Notes under the pieces: model-generated
Seen by the model: only the letters and a program-made list of their open reading frames with translations
Told to the model about the DNA's origin: nothing
The model's database searches: none
Program-made: the position numbers and the translations under genes
Shown: in pieces, positions 24,170-37,244 of the stretch
Layout of the letters: the number at the start of each line of letters is the position of its first letter
How positions within the stretch are numbered: position 1 is the first letter of the stretch
From: Phoronis australis
Lineage: Eukaryota; Animalia; Phoronida
Assembly (NCBI GenBank): GCA_002633005.1
Contig: NMRA01000266.1
Location: 74,544 to 138,543 of the forward strand
DNA: 64,000 bases
Direction: 5' to 3'

Positions 24170-25320
24170 CTATGAATCAAAACATGTAACATTTTTTTTG
24201 CTTTACAAGTTTTCAATGAGAGACAAACAGAAAGACCAAAATTGTTTGACACGATGAATATAAAGATAAATATAATACACGTAATAGGCTATTACACAAC
24301 AAATGTGATCAGCCGGGTGATAACGCTTAATTACTGAACATTTACACCGTGGAGAATGAAGAGACGTTTACTAGAATTACCATGGGGATGATGCAAATTG
24401 ATTTTGGCTGCCTTCTTTACATTTACTACTTCGTGTCACGGAATATAACTTCACTGGGTCTCATCATATAACTTTGGATACGGAATGTCAAATCGAGCAG
24501 GTGCCCTATGTATTCTATCGTTAGAGCTAATTCTAGCGTCCCCGAGATTTCACGCACGAATTTTCATTATTGTCTTTCCAGTTATCTGCTCTACTGACTT
24601 TTAAGCACCCATGCCAAATGATGGAGGTTGCAAGATATTGTTTAACTTGCAAAATCCATGCAGCATACGTAAGCGCTTCGCATGGTTATCGGCTGTGAGA
24701 AAGTTACATGGCTTTCCTTTGTTGCGTCTGGGTTGAATATAACCGTCAATACAGGTTGCATGGATATCGTACATGTACATGATGCGCCCATCAGCAGGTA
24801 ACCGATAAGTGCTTGCCACTATCTTTATTGTGAGAAAGAACAACAAAGCAACCTATGAATGCGCCTAGTTACCGATATCTATGCGACAAGAGCGCGACCT
24901 AGTTTATCGTAGGAAGCTGTGCAGTCATCAGATGAAGCCTAACTCATTGCTTCATTTCCATTGTATCATGTCTGTTCATTAAATGAGACTCTTTAGGTAC
25001 TGTTCCACACAACCAGTTACTTCTCCCCAAAGTTCATCAACAACGCCTACAATTACATTAATTTTCTTTACATGCACCGACCACTATAGCCTTGGCTGGG
25101 TGCCAAGAATCGACTTGCCTCTGATATCCCTTTATCTCCGGTCTTACAGCTAATGTTAGGAGATGTTCAACAAGACATTTTAGGGTCTTAAAATCACGCT
25201 CAGTATTTTTACGGAAAGAAGTTACAATTGGTTACTGCACGAGTGTTGGCCCCACTCACGTATTTATTTGCTTAGTTAATGGTTTACATGTGGGTGTGAA
25301 AGCGCGCGCGATGTACTCAC

Positions 25321-25686
25321 CTCGATCTTTGTCACGGAATGTGTGAACACTACCAGGATTCGGATGTTAAGTAAGCTCAGAGGAAATTGTAGCTTCAGCG
25401 ATGCGTCGAATAGCATTTGCTCATGTGCTGTCCATTTGTTTGTTAATGTTATATTACCGACTATTGGAGGGTTAACAAAAGCATCAGTCGTCTGATTTGT
25501 ATTTGACGTCACTGGCCCATGCCCTTGTAAGTAGACAATCCCAGATATATATCCGCTCGTCAGGTCCGTCTGTGCTTGGAAATCTACACGGAACGCGGTA
25601 CCTCTATTGAGAACCATTGCACTCGAACGCAACACCACATTTTTTGCATCATGCGATTTGGATTCAACGACAGCGTTGCTCCATAT
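25321..25686 (-). CDS. Paralogue A exon 3 (end of repeat 1 + start of repeat 2)
   Basis: Acceptor TTTTTTAG|ATATGG and donor GAG|GTGAGT; 366 nt, the same length as the paralogue B exon. Confidence 0.88.
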
Positions 25687-26041
25687 CTAAAAAAGAACAA
25701 ATAGGTTTGGGAACAAAATGTCTCTGATGTAGATGAAACAGAAATAATCTGTGAGCTGTTTTGCTCGCTGCTTAAAATATAGACTGCAATTTCCATTCCA
25801 CGTGAGCGGGCTGTGTGGCCTAGTGGGATACGTGTCCACTTTACTGAAGGTCATGGGCGTTAGATACACATAAAAAGCGTAAAATGGTTCCACGTGTACC
25901 ACATCACGTGCAGTTATTCTTTATACAGTTCCACGTGTCTCAAACCAGGGTTATTTTACGCTTCAGGGATAAGATCACTATTTGGAAGCATAATGCCGTG
26001 ATATACGTTTAAATTGCAATGTTCAATATTGATACGTGTAC

Positions 26042-26272
26042 CTGGATTTCAAGTATAGGATGATTGAACTCCATGACAAATCGACCATCATGAACATCTA
26101 TTGGCAGTTGGATACTGAAGTAGGCATTGAAGGCTATCCTGCCGTTAGTCCGCCACGCCTGACCAACCCTGACGACATTTGTGACGATGGACAAACTCCA
26201 CGCAGGAGACACGGAAACAAGAAAGCAGAGTGCCACTAACATACAGTATGGTGTTAGGTATCTCTCGATTTC
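26042..26272 (-). CDS. Paralogue A exon 2 (signal peptide + first half of repeat 1)
   Basis: Acceptor TTGTAG|GAAATC; EIERYLTPYCMLVALCFLVSVSPAWS-LSIVTNVVRVGQAW...FNHPILEIQ; donor CAG|GTACAC. In-frame ATG at 26242. Confidence 0.88.
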
Positions 26273-27292
26273 CTACAACAAAATGGCCATAATTCAACAA
26301 TAGTCCACCCATAGGGTCCCGTGAGCATCAAAGGTGACTCAAAACTACACACGAAACTTGACCACCGGCATGAATGCATTCACAAGATTTGGTTTCTATA
26401 CCAGATGCCTCATATGAGGTGACGACACTTTCATAGGCAGATGCTATAAGAAGCACGTTCAAGGGTTCCCTTCTGACACAAAAACCATGTGCATGCCAAT
26501 GTTAGAGGGGAAGTGGGGACATTTTCCTTAGCACATTTGGCTTAAATGACCTCTCCCCTACAAGATGCTAGTAGGTCACCCAGGAGAATACTACATTCAC
26601 ATTCGTACCCAGGCTGCATGAATGATCCGTATTGATGACTGATAGCTGGACTTGTTAAATACATGTACAGCTGTACATGTACCAACCGTTAATGAAACAG
26701 CTCTTATTTAACGGCAGCAGAAGGCACAAATTAAGAATCATGTTATTTAACAACACAATTCATGTATCAAGCAATTCCACACTTGAAATTATTTGATGTC
26801 AGTCCAAATGTAGGTGTTTCAGGACAATCAAAAAACAAGAGTTTGAAAATGTACCACATTATATCAGTCGACAGTAAACACTTACAAAAAGCCACATGTA
26901 ATTTAGGTTTCCTGGAAACAAAACAACGTTAACATGAGTGCGTGTTGCAGTTACGCCCATTGGCATGTTCACATCAACCTCTTACCTCTTTACATTGGCC
27001 CGACCATGTAACACCTGAAGGTGGCAAGAGAAAAGGACGATCAAAACGTCGTGCCATTGCAAATACATGTACATGTAAGGGCTTGAAGACACGGACAGCT
27101 ACATTTTAAAAAAATAATGGAAAAATGTTGACTTCATTATTGAATCACGATTTTTTAGCAATACGACACTCCTGATAAAGACATGAAACGCAAACATAAA
27201 TGCATCAAACGCGTTCTACAAAGTCAATGAAACTTAGAACAATCTTTAAAAAGTCTCTAATTTTGAAATGACAAACTTTCGAATAGTATTAC

Positions 27293-27341
27293 CATGTATC
27301 AGGAGCTCGCTGTCCATCATTAGAATTCATCAGTATTTATA
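27293..27341 (-). promoter_or_regulatory. Candidate TATA box and micro exon 1 ending in ATG for paralogue A
   Basis: TATAAATA (27341-27334) followed by ...GATACATG|GTAATA. The ATG splices in frame (phase 0) to exon 2, giving MEIERYLTPYCMLVAL. Confidence 0.55.
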
Positions 27342-30300
27342 CGAACACCCAATTATTTTGATTTGACTTCTGTTACCTAAACTGGTATTTTTCGAATGTA
27401 CGCCGCAGGCTTGGTTCTAGAACACGGCGATATAGCGTACAGTACCAAAATGTACATGTGGCATCACGGAAGGCTTAAAAATCATGCTTACATCTAGTGA
27501 CAAATCTTACCCTTTGTAACGTAGGTTCATGCGGTTAGTGTTTTATTTTTACGCGAGTTTTATGTCAGAACATTTATTTTAAAACGTTTCACTATGTAGA
27601 GGTATGGGGTAAGGTACATTTAAATGTAAACGCGGTGATAAATCTAGGGACGAGCCGTGGTTTCAAGAGGTTTCAGTGAATGGCGCATATCAAACACCGT
27701 CACTAGAGTATGCTTAGACACGAGGAAACTGATGGTGTCGGGTCAATAAAATCAAGTTTAGTAAAAAACAATCTCACTCGGTCAGATAACGACTCATAGC
27801 ACACTCACAATAATAACAACCAGACACCCATTTCAAGAATATTGGCTTAGCTAAGATTAAACTTGAATTTGTCTCATGTCCGTTTAGAGAAGGAAACTTT
27901 GACTTAAGTCTTGTTTTAATTTTAACTAACTCACCAGGTGACAAAGTTTCAAAATTTTGAAGCTGAGTCGAGTGTTAGACTTGGGTGAAAAATAACTTTA
28001 AGTCAGTTTCTTGGAACATGCTCCAGTCTAACAGTGTTCAAATGACGCTTTCATTGCCTGCTACATTTGGCCAGGAAATGAATTTGGCATAAAAAGTTAC
28101 CTGCATTTGCGATGCTGATGAGCGCTACAATGGCGAGCTACGGCGACTAGTGAATATAATGTTCGGACAGGTGGTTTAATGTTTAACAGCCAATTTAATA
28201 TCACGAAGGTCGTATTATTTATTTTGACTTCGCCTTCAGTGATTGGCCTTAGAGACAATTAGTGCATTTCCCGAAAATCGATCGCTTGCTTTGTTATCAA
28301 CGATTGACCCATCTGCTACCTTAAATCGATCACTACATGTACCTTTGTTATGAAAGATGGACCCATTTTCTACTTTTATTTGAGTTACGTAACTCTTAAT
28401 GGATTTGGAATCTCTTTTTATGTAAAATAAAACTGTTCTTTGTTTTAACAGGAAAAGGCTTTCTGGCAACTTATAATATTTATTGGAATTACCTAGAAAA
28501 AGTATGAAGGAATCAGTGATGTAAAATAAAATAAAACGTCTTAATAACGAGATGAACTTGCTGTGTACAAAAATCTCGGGTTATCTTGGAGCAGTTAAAT
28601 GGACACGCGTCGATAACTCCAGTCAGTTTATCAGGAATACAAGAAAAGAAATTCCAAATTAAGAAATGTTTGAGCTGTCAGTTTAAGCATTTTTGATTGT
28701 TTGGACATGCGAACGATTTGCACTATAGTCTTATTACCGCGTTTGTTTTGCCATTAAGCTGAAACGTTGGCAAATAAAAGTTGTTAACATCTTTGATTTT
28801 GCACACGGTCAACGTGATGAATTATGTCACTTAACACCGGTCAACGACTCGATTTACCAATGCCCGTGTGCAGAGTTATTATGCTCTGTTTATTTTGACG
28901 CCGTAGTCACGAGTATATTTACCCGCCATTATTGATAAAAGTACATTTCCGAACACAAGAAACACCACGCTTCACCACAAATTCAATGAATTCCGTTCTT
29001 TGTTGGAGAGGGAAAGTAAATTGCAGGAAAACACGTTACGTCATCCGCCTGAAATGAGCTGGGTCGACGGCTTGCTGTCGTTGTTTCTCACGAACACAAC
29101 CAAAGTTCTCTAAACTGTTTCTGCTGACGTCATAGGCTTAAAAGAACTTTAGAGTATAGCTCACGTCATATCAAAACCTAGAAGCTGTTGCCCAAGCGAG
29201 AGTTCGCTGTACAGCTGTCCCAAGTCACAACATAGTACAGGGTGCTCCATTTCGTAGGAAACAAGGTATCCATTTAAATATTTCCGTGAGATAGGTTGGC
29301 GTGTGAATAAGGGGTTTCGATAAAATTCAAGTTTTTATTTTTTTAAATTTCATTGTTCATAGAAGTCTACAATAGGGACTTTCTAAAGACGCGTATTTTC
29401 CTTGTGAAGACCAATTCTAGTAATACATGCCAGGTCTCCGTCTGTCAGAATGAAAATCACCTTGACAACAACTTCAAAGTAGTGCCGTGACGTATCACAA
29501 GACTGGCGCTGGAACAGCTCGAAGAGCCTCGCTTTCGATGCCAAACATATAGTACTGAGTTGACTAGACTGTGTGGTTTTCGTGTCTCACTATTGAAATG
29601 GATGTAGCATCGGTTATTTGCCACAGTGTTTTTTTCATAAATAAATCAATAAAAGGATTTAATGTTCTTTAAGAAGTATAAAACTAAGACAAACGCACCG
29701 TCTGCAGGAAGCTGCTCCAGGAAACTAAATAGAAATTTTGTCTTACGCTCTCTTTTCACAATTGTCAAAAAGTGCCTATTTAATATTGATCACATTTCTA
29801 GAAATAATTTACATAGATTAACTTGATAGAAATGGTCTGTGTACATGTAAGTATGCTCTGAAACTATGCCTTTGTTCAAGCGTGATTGAAATAGTTTTCA
29901 GAAATAGTTATGTAGAGAGTGAGACCAAATTTCTGGCTAAGGTCTGAAGCAGACCCCAACATAGGGTTTGCGTCATGTTGTGTATCTATAAAGTATCCAG
30001 AATGTCTGGGTTCAAACAGAGACATTAACAACGGCAAATGTATTGCAGACAGTCACTGGCTCATCTCAAACACTACGGCGTAGTGCACATTTATACTAAT
30101 TCATTGAAAAGGAAAGCATTTGTCTTAGCAGCGTTACTTTGGTACACTGTATGTGAAAAATGTTTATTGTTAGGAGCGACCTCTAGCTTATGGACTGTAT
30201 AGAGGGAGGTGCATTTCTTTAAGCAACTAAAGACGAGCAAAGAGGCATTTACTGGTGATGGTAAACTCTCCAGATACTTTTTTTCACCGTCTTCTTTAGG

Positions 30301-32109
30301 AATCATTTCATGTTTTCCCAAATGCTACGGGAAAGCTGCATATCACCTACATGTATAATAAAGACTTGTGCAGAGGGATAACCTGTTACAGTTGGTGAAT
30401 CTCGATTAAGCGAGATCTCATCTGTCGTAAACATTTGTAAACAACTTGAGACAAATTTACAGGCCCTCTGAATCTAGCATTTTGTTAAAATAAACGTCCA
30501 AGTGGTTTATATTTCAGCACGAACAATCGACACGGACCTGGAAACTTTAGGGAGCTTGTGTCCAGACGTGCTACGACACTTTTCACTCACTCTGCAGATA
30601 CTCAGTCGTCTTTGCACGATATATTATATTTCAACACACAATTATTACATGTAGCACAACGTTTTGTTTCTATTAACAGCGTGACTCTTGAAGTTCCGTT
30701 ATTCGCTTTACATCACATACATGCATACCACACGTGACTTCTAAATACTGAATATACGGAAACATCGTAAAATGCAAGAGAACACAGCGAGGATAATATA
30801 AATGTAGTTTTCCTTCTCCAGAACTGCCAGTGTTCCTCTGGGGCCCGCACGAGCGTTCGTAGCTTTAAAGTCGCCAGATGCTCAGTTGCAACTACACGAC
30901 GCCGTAATTTTTATTTCTCATGAACCTCAGTTTACTTCTAGCTAGTTTACTTCTTCTGTTGTCACACGTTTTGAGCAGATCAAAATGCAAGCCCTTGCTC
31001 ATCCACATAAACCTTCACCACATATCGCAGCATGGCATTATCCATTAATAGTCGATAAGCTTGTTCCACTTGATACCTGTACATGCGGTACACTCTGATA
31101 TCTAAAATTCCTGATATCAATGCCAAAGCTTCATTTGAAATTTTAAGCCGGCCCTTTAATAATATGTTTGTAAGTCCTCACGGTGAAATTTTACAATTAA
31201 GTGTCATACATATCGCACTCGAATTGTACAACAACACAAACATGTGTTAACTTGAGATGGCGTGAACACATCTATCTTCGGAATGATATGGCGAAAATAA
31301 CTGCTCTTCGAAAGAACTCATTTACTCGAACAGGCTTAACTGATCGCTTCTTACTCCGCCATTTGCATTTTTAACCAACCGATGAACGCGTGAACTGAGG
31401 CATTCACTGGACTCATTGGCTGGCATTTGGGTCACTACATGCCGTTATTAGGTCGAAAACTAAGGATAGAAGATGACAGACGATTTGATTCATTGTTGTT
31501 AGATGAAGAAATAAAACAGAGAAATATAATCAGTAATAGCGTTTGCGGTTTTCTAAACTTGTCGAGGGAATTTGATTTGGTTAGTTGTAACTCACTAAAC
31601 AAGAATTTCCTTCCCATGGTTTCGGTTTATATCTAACTCACCAAGTAGTGAAAAGACCCCGACAAACGTCAGCTCTAGTTAAGAGCTGAGTTTATTCTAC
31701 ACTTAAAAACATGGTCATTCATCAGGCTTTAAATTCTTTGACACGGGACTGGTTTTGAAACATCGTAGCAAAATATACCTCATGAGTGTTAATATACAAG
31801 TATGCTTGATTACATTTTGTGTGAAGTCTTTTATGATCTTGGATGTCATTCGTGAATTTCTGATTACAGCACAACCACAAATGATGCAAAAATAAAATAT
31901 GTAAAAACACTGCCATGATAATCACTTACAAGACACCACACAGTAATGCGGAATGCGTCTCGAGTAGACTCGTAAGTCTATGTGAGATATCGACGGGCAT
32001 TTTAAGCGAATTACTACTCTACCACCCACGGAACGCTGCCTACGTTACGCTTGTGTCAGCTGCAGTGTATACCATACGCACACCCATAGAATGCATACTG
32101 CTTTCGCGC

Positions 32110-32417
32110 TTATTTCGAGTGAAAGTCACACGTTGAAGGATTTCCGTCAAAGAATATTATTTTCCCACATCTCTCCGTTCGCCCACATATTTGGCCGCAC
32201 TCACCAACCGTTTTCACGGGTAGTTCGAATAATAGCGTCTCGTTGCTAGACGCCTCGTAACCGCGAAAGACAAGTGTTCCGCAGGTGCTTGAAGATTCCA
32301 TTGATTTTATGTACGACTTTCCAATTCTAGCGGAGGGCGTTGTAACTTGTAGTCCAAAGATGTTTCGTTCGGTCTGCTCAATTGGACTGTAGGCTGTCAC
32401 GCTGGTGTTTCCTGAAT
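32110..32417 (-). CDS. CBM2-like x2 + PAN protein, paralogue B, last exon (PAN/Apple domain)
   Basis: Phase-1 acceptor TTTATTTAG|AT; TVGECGQICGRTERCGKIIFFDGNPSTCDF, clearly homologous to paralogue A. Confidence 0.85.
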
Positions 32418-32896
32418 CTAAATAAAGAAAATTGTCAAACGTTTAGGTACTATCAATGCCATTCACATGCAGCATGCAAGTGGGTGCCGCATGCATGGTA
32501 ATGACCCATGAAAGACGATTCCAGTACACCTACTAATCTAATCACCGCCTATTACGGGATATTCTGACCCTGGCTAAAGCATCAATCGATTACGCCTTTG
32601 TCCTAGAAGCGATCTTTTGACTTAGACTTCTTGTCGTTTTAAATTTGTTAAACTCGCTCGTTCCTTAGGTGAGAAGTGATATACGGGTTTGCTGAAAGTT
32701 CGGATCATATCTGTCGCCACCACGTAAACCCCCCTGGCACTCTTCCACGTAGTTGTCTACTTGAATGCTACGGTGTCCGATTTCGGTTTTGCCTAAATTT
32801 TCATAGCAATTTTCCCTACTCTTGACAGTCTACTGCGACCTCTATCTGTCGCCTACTGCGCATGCGCATGACACTGGTCGCATATGCACATCTAGG

Positions 32897-33052
32897 CAGC
32901 GTTTGAACTACACGCTGGCCCGGTGTCCCGTGGCCAGTGGATTTGCAGCCAGGCCAGTAACTTTTAACTGTTAACTTGGCACCTGAGCCAGTAAACTATG
33001 GACTAACTGGCCCGGCGGGCCAGCATGTTTATTTGCTGAAGTACGAACACGG
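32897..33052. mobile_element. hAT-type MITE
   Basis: CAGCGTTTGAACT ... AGTACGAACACGG with a degenerate 8-bp TSD CATCTAGG / CATGAAGG. Confidence 0.6.
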
Positions 33053-33310
33053 CATGAAGGTGTAACGATGTCACAGCATTTGGTCTGATGACGATCACCC
33101 AGATCTAACATGGCGCAGAGTGTGCAAACGGGCCCTTTGTCACAACGTGGATTACCTTCATTTTAACTGGCGCACGTCGTATACCTAATGTTCTTCCTGA
33201 TGAGCCTACGTCATGGTTTCAGTAATCAGGGAGGGAGATGGGTAATTACCCGTGCGTGTGTGACGGGAAAGGCAAGCCTCAGGGTACTCTATCGTCAAAA
33301 CCCGACAAAC

Positions 33311-33563
33311 CTGCAGTGGTAGAGTTGAGACTCGGTGGAAATTGGAGCTCTGTAGTCGTCAGTGGAACTTCGTTGTCACTTTCGATGGCAGGTCCGTACC
33401 CATTGACATAGGCGATGCCGCCGATATCAATATTCTTCGGGTCCGTGTCTGCCTGTAGAGAAAACTCGAACCACTCGCCCTTCCAAAATGTCACTTTAGC
33501 CGTGGGCTGTACTTTAAACCTGTTGAATCTTGTCGACGTTGTCAATTTCCGAACTTTCCAGAA
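33311..33563 (-). CDS. Paralogue B exon (second half of repeat 2 + linker)
   Basis: Acceptor CATTTAG|TTCTGG; FWKVRKLTTSTRFNRFKVQP...LQADTD...IGGIAYVNGYGP; phase-1 donor G|GTTTGT. Confidence 0.82.
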
Positions 33564-34861
33564 CTAAATGAAATAAAACGGGTAAGATCAATAAAAAGTC
33601 TATGTGCCTTTAGATCGTTTAGCGAAACAAATATGGCAACCGTTTGATACAGAATCTAAATGAAAACTTGCACATTATCACGTACATTGTATAACGTTTG
33701 GTGAGCGAAACCTCAAGGCATTTCCGTACACGGTCATGTTTAAGTCCAAGTGATTATCTGAAGCTAAGTTTATATTCGGATTTGGGTTCATGTGCTTGTG
33801 TGCGGAAGGCTTGGATAAACCCAATGAACAAATTTCTTAATTGCCTCTAAATAAGCGAATATTTGATAAGTTGATAACGACATCTCTTGGATGTGACCTT
33901 TGAAAGGTTATGTTGAACATTCTTGACATGTCTGCTGATTTACTCAAATACAAAACCATATGTCGAGCGTAATAAAAAATATAGTTTTTCTGAATGTCTA
34001 TAGAATTTGGTTTGTGAGTTCTTTCCAATCTGCCATTAACTTGGTCACGTGTTTTCCAATTAAATTAAGTAAAGCAATATAGGTGCGACCATGTACATGA
34101 AACATAGCAAACCAACGGCATCAAATGCCTTGCTCAATTTTGTTGATAAATATTGGGATGAAAGCTCATACTGTAAATCTTACTACAGTATACGAATATT
34201 TTATTTCTTTTTTTATTTGTGAAGGCTCAGATTTTTCCACTCCTTCTTTATAGCTTTTCATGCAAAAGTGGAACAGTTAAAAGACGAGTTATGATAATAT
34301 AAGTAAGAATTATTAATTTTCTTACACGCCTTACGTTGGTCCCATCACGTGAGTTGAAAAGATTTCTGTGCCGTCTGCATGGTTAGAAGAATGTCTGGGG
34401 TTCCAGAGACATGACCAATGTGTGACGTGTTGCAATAGTTAGTAATTTTCATTCATACCATGTAATATAGAGCAGCACGATAACTAAATTCCTACCAGAG
34501 CATTATACTTTTGTATCAATGAGAGCAGCCGTTTCTGGAAAATGGTGGTCTGAGTGGAGCCAAACTTGTAAAACACAAGTTAATGGCAGTCGGTCTGTTA
34601 CACGTTATTGAAATACCAGGCACGCGCAGACCGCTAGGTGGTGCCACTCCACTGATAATCTGGAGTCATCTTTATGTTTTATTTGAACATAGTTAAAACC
34701 GAGCTGACTGAAGATACAAATCTCACACAAGGGTCTAGCAGTGTGTAATTTTTGAGGCTCTTCATTACTCTAATGAAATGCTAAAATAGAAAAAATAGAA
34801 ACACACTAACACCCATCATAACAGTGAACTACATTTAAAATCCAGCAAAGATGCCTAGAAG

Positions 34862-35017
34862 CCGTGCTGTAGTTGGGCGTAAGCGCACGTAGGCGCAGCC
34901 AACCACCTTTTGGCATTTGAACGTAGCGCCTACGCACCGTAAGCTACGTTAAGTGCTTAAAGCGATACGGTGGGCTTTCGGCGCCTACTTACCTGTAACT
35001 TTACCACTACAACACTG
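34862..35017. mobile_element. hAT-type MITE
   Basis: CCGTGCTGTAGT ... ACTACAACACTG flanked by a perfect 8-bp TSD CCTAGAAG (34854-34861, 35018-35025). Confidence 0.85.
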
Positions 35018-35388
35018 CCTAGAAGGATGATAAACTCGGTGGAACGTAGAGGAACTGTGTCATGTATTTTCTTTAGGATGATAAACATTGTAGAACAGTT
35101 CAAACCAACTGTAATTCATTGAGTAGCGACATATCAGAGTATTCATTGCTGAGCTGTGAATCACTGACATAGCCAAAAATGGAAAGTTCATTTCCGATAC
35201 TAAAAACGTACTAAGAAAAGGGGATGATATTTTCTATATTGCGGGAATCAAGATATTTCATGTCTTTGTTTCTCAAATTAATATTTTTCTCAATATTTTC
35301 GTATCAAAGTCAAAAATCTACAGACCGCTTTGACTTCTTTCCGTCCAAGCAGTTGGATTTGTAACGAAAGTTTACTATACTCACACAC

Positions 35389-35754
35389 CTTAACGTTTGA
35401 CACTTTGTTCGTGAACACGACGAAAATCTTGGCCTTATCCACGGGCACAGAAAACTGTAGCGCCACCCTAGCGTTGACCCGCAGTCGGTTACGTGTACTC
35501 GACAAACTTGTGATGACTATGTTACCCATGATTGTCGGTCGAACAGAAGTTGCAGTTGTTTGTATCAGACTTGACGTAGCTGGTCCGTAGCCTTGCAAAT
35601 AGACAGTACCGGATATGTCTCCGCTCACCAGATGCGTCTGTGCCTGAAAAGGTACGCGAAGTAGGGTGCCCCCTTCGATAGATCTTGAAGTGAGGCGCAA
35701 TATAACGGTTTTGTTATCACTTGACGTAGATTGAACGGATGCGTGATCCCAAAC
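35389..35754 (-). CDS. Paralogue B exon (end of repeat 1 + start of repeat 2)
   Basis: Acceptor TCGCAG|GTTTGG and donor AAG|GTGTGT; 366 nt; FQAQTHLVSGDISGTVYLQGYGP matches paralogue A. Confidence 0.88.
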
Positions 35755-36639
35755 CTGCGAGTACAAAATGGGCAAAATTAATTGAATGCAGCTAACAGCA
35801 GCAAGCACACGCACACATACACACACGTACGTGTTTGTTTAAACAATACGAACAAGCGACTTTCTAAAACCACTCTGAGGTGGTGGCGTGTTACAGCTAC
35901 TATTAAAATCTTTTGGTCTATTTACAATTATCTCTTGTTTATTTGAACTGTCACGACGGTCTATTCTCCGGCCATCGTCAGGTGTTCCCGCGTTCTTAGA
36001 AGAACGAGCACGGATATGTGGTACACTCATGGTGTGATACAATAATTTTTAACACCTACTGGAGTAAACCTACGCTTATTTGCATGGACTATGAACTTAG
36101 TTATTTCGGTAATACCGTGTGACGTCGTCAAGTGCTTCATCTAATGGCGTAACTGGAATGCTAAATTTTTGTCAGAGGTCGAGATACAAGAAACATGCTA
36201 ACAAAAATGATATTCATTCTTCATGACTCTCATGTCACAACATGAGAATGATCAGTACTCTCTTGACAGTTTAAAGTTTCGTCCCATCTCACCAATCTCT
36301 TGCATGTGAATAGCACACTATAAGCTTAACATATAATGCTTTAACAAAAGTGTCGACTTAAATGACATATATACATCTAACTTGCTTAATATCAACACAG
36401 TTTCTTGCTACCTCCGATGTTCAGTGTCATTAGAACCCTTTTAAAGGCATTAAATATAAAGTATCAATTCCAACTCATTGTAAACAATAAACAGCTCCAA
36501 AACCATACAAAAATATACTTTTTAGCCTTAAGTGTCAGACAGTCTTAAAGCAATAAAGCCACATTGTGTTGAAAATAATACCACACTCTAACATACTTAT
36601 TTTCCGACAATTGAAATGCATAAACCAATATTTAGAGTT

Positions 36640-36806
36640 ATTAATTTATACATGTATATATATATATATATACATATATAATTATTAATTTATACATATA
36701 TATATATATATATATATATAAATTAATAATAATATATATACATTATTAATTTATACACACATATATATATAAATTAATAATAATATATATATATATATAT
36801 ATATAT
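36640..36806. repeat. (TA)n microsatellite complex with ATTAATTTATA spacers in both orientations
   Basis: Visible directly in the sequence. Confidence 0.95.
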
Positions 36807-37028
36807 TGTCAAATTCAATCTGAAAGAACGGCTACACACGAAAGGCAATTTTTGATTAGACAATATAATGCCGACACGAATTCCTCAAAGGCGTTCAAAA
36901 CAGGCTAACAATTGTAGGCCTTCATGTATATGGTTTACATTGATCACTGTAAGTGGAAATCCCGCTGAACGAATAGACTGTCTGTTAAATTATGCTATTT
37001 TACTTTATTGTGGTTTAAGTGCTCATAC

Positions 37029-37244
37029 CTGCATGTTAAGAATGGGCACATTAAACTCCATGACAAATCGGCCGTCGTCCACGTCGATTGGTAGTTGGAT
37101 ACTAAAGTAGGCGTCGAAGAGTTTTCTCCCATTAGCCTGCCACACGTGACCACTCATAACGACATCAGTGACGATGGATAGACTCCAAGCTGAGGTCACG
37201 AATGACGTCACGGAAAGTATGTAGAGCCATAGTGTACTCCACAT
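37029..37244 (-). CDS. Paralogue B first coding exon (signal peptide + first half of repeat 1)
   Basis: MWSTLWLYILSVTSFVTSAWS-LSIVTDVV...FDAYFSIQLPIDVDDGRFVMEFNVPILNMQ with donor CAG|GTATGA. The upstream acceptor CAG|GAAATC (exon start 37275) is shared with paralogue A. Confidence 0.88.

Noticed and set aside
25805-25880. tRNA-like sequence (A-box TGGCCTAGTGG); a similar one lies near 3040-3110
   Set aside because: No intact cloverleaf or B-box; at most decayed tRNA-derived SINE heads.
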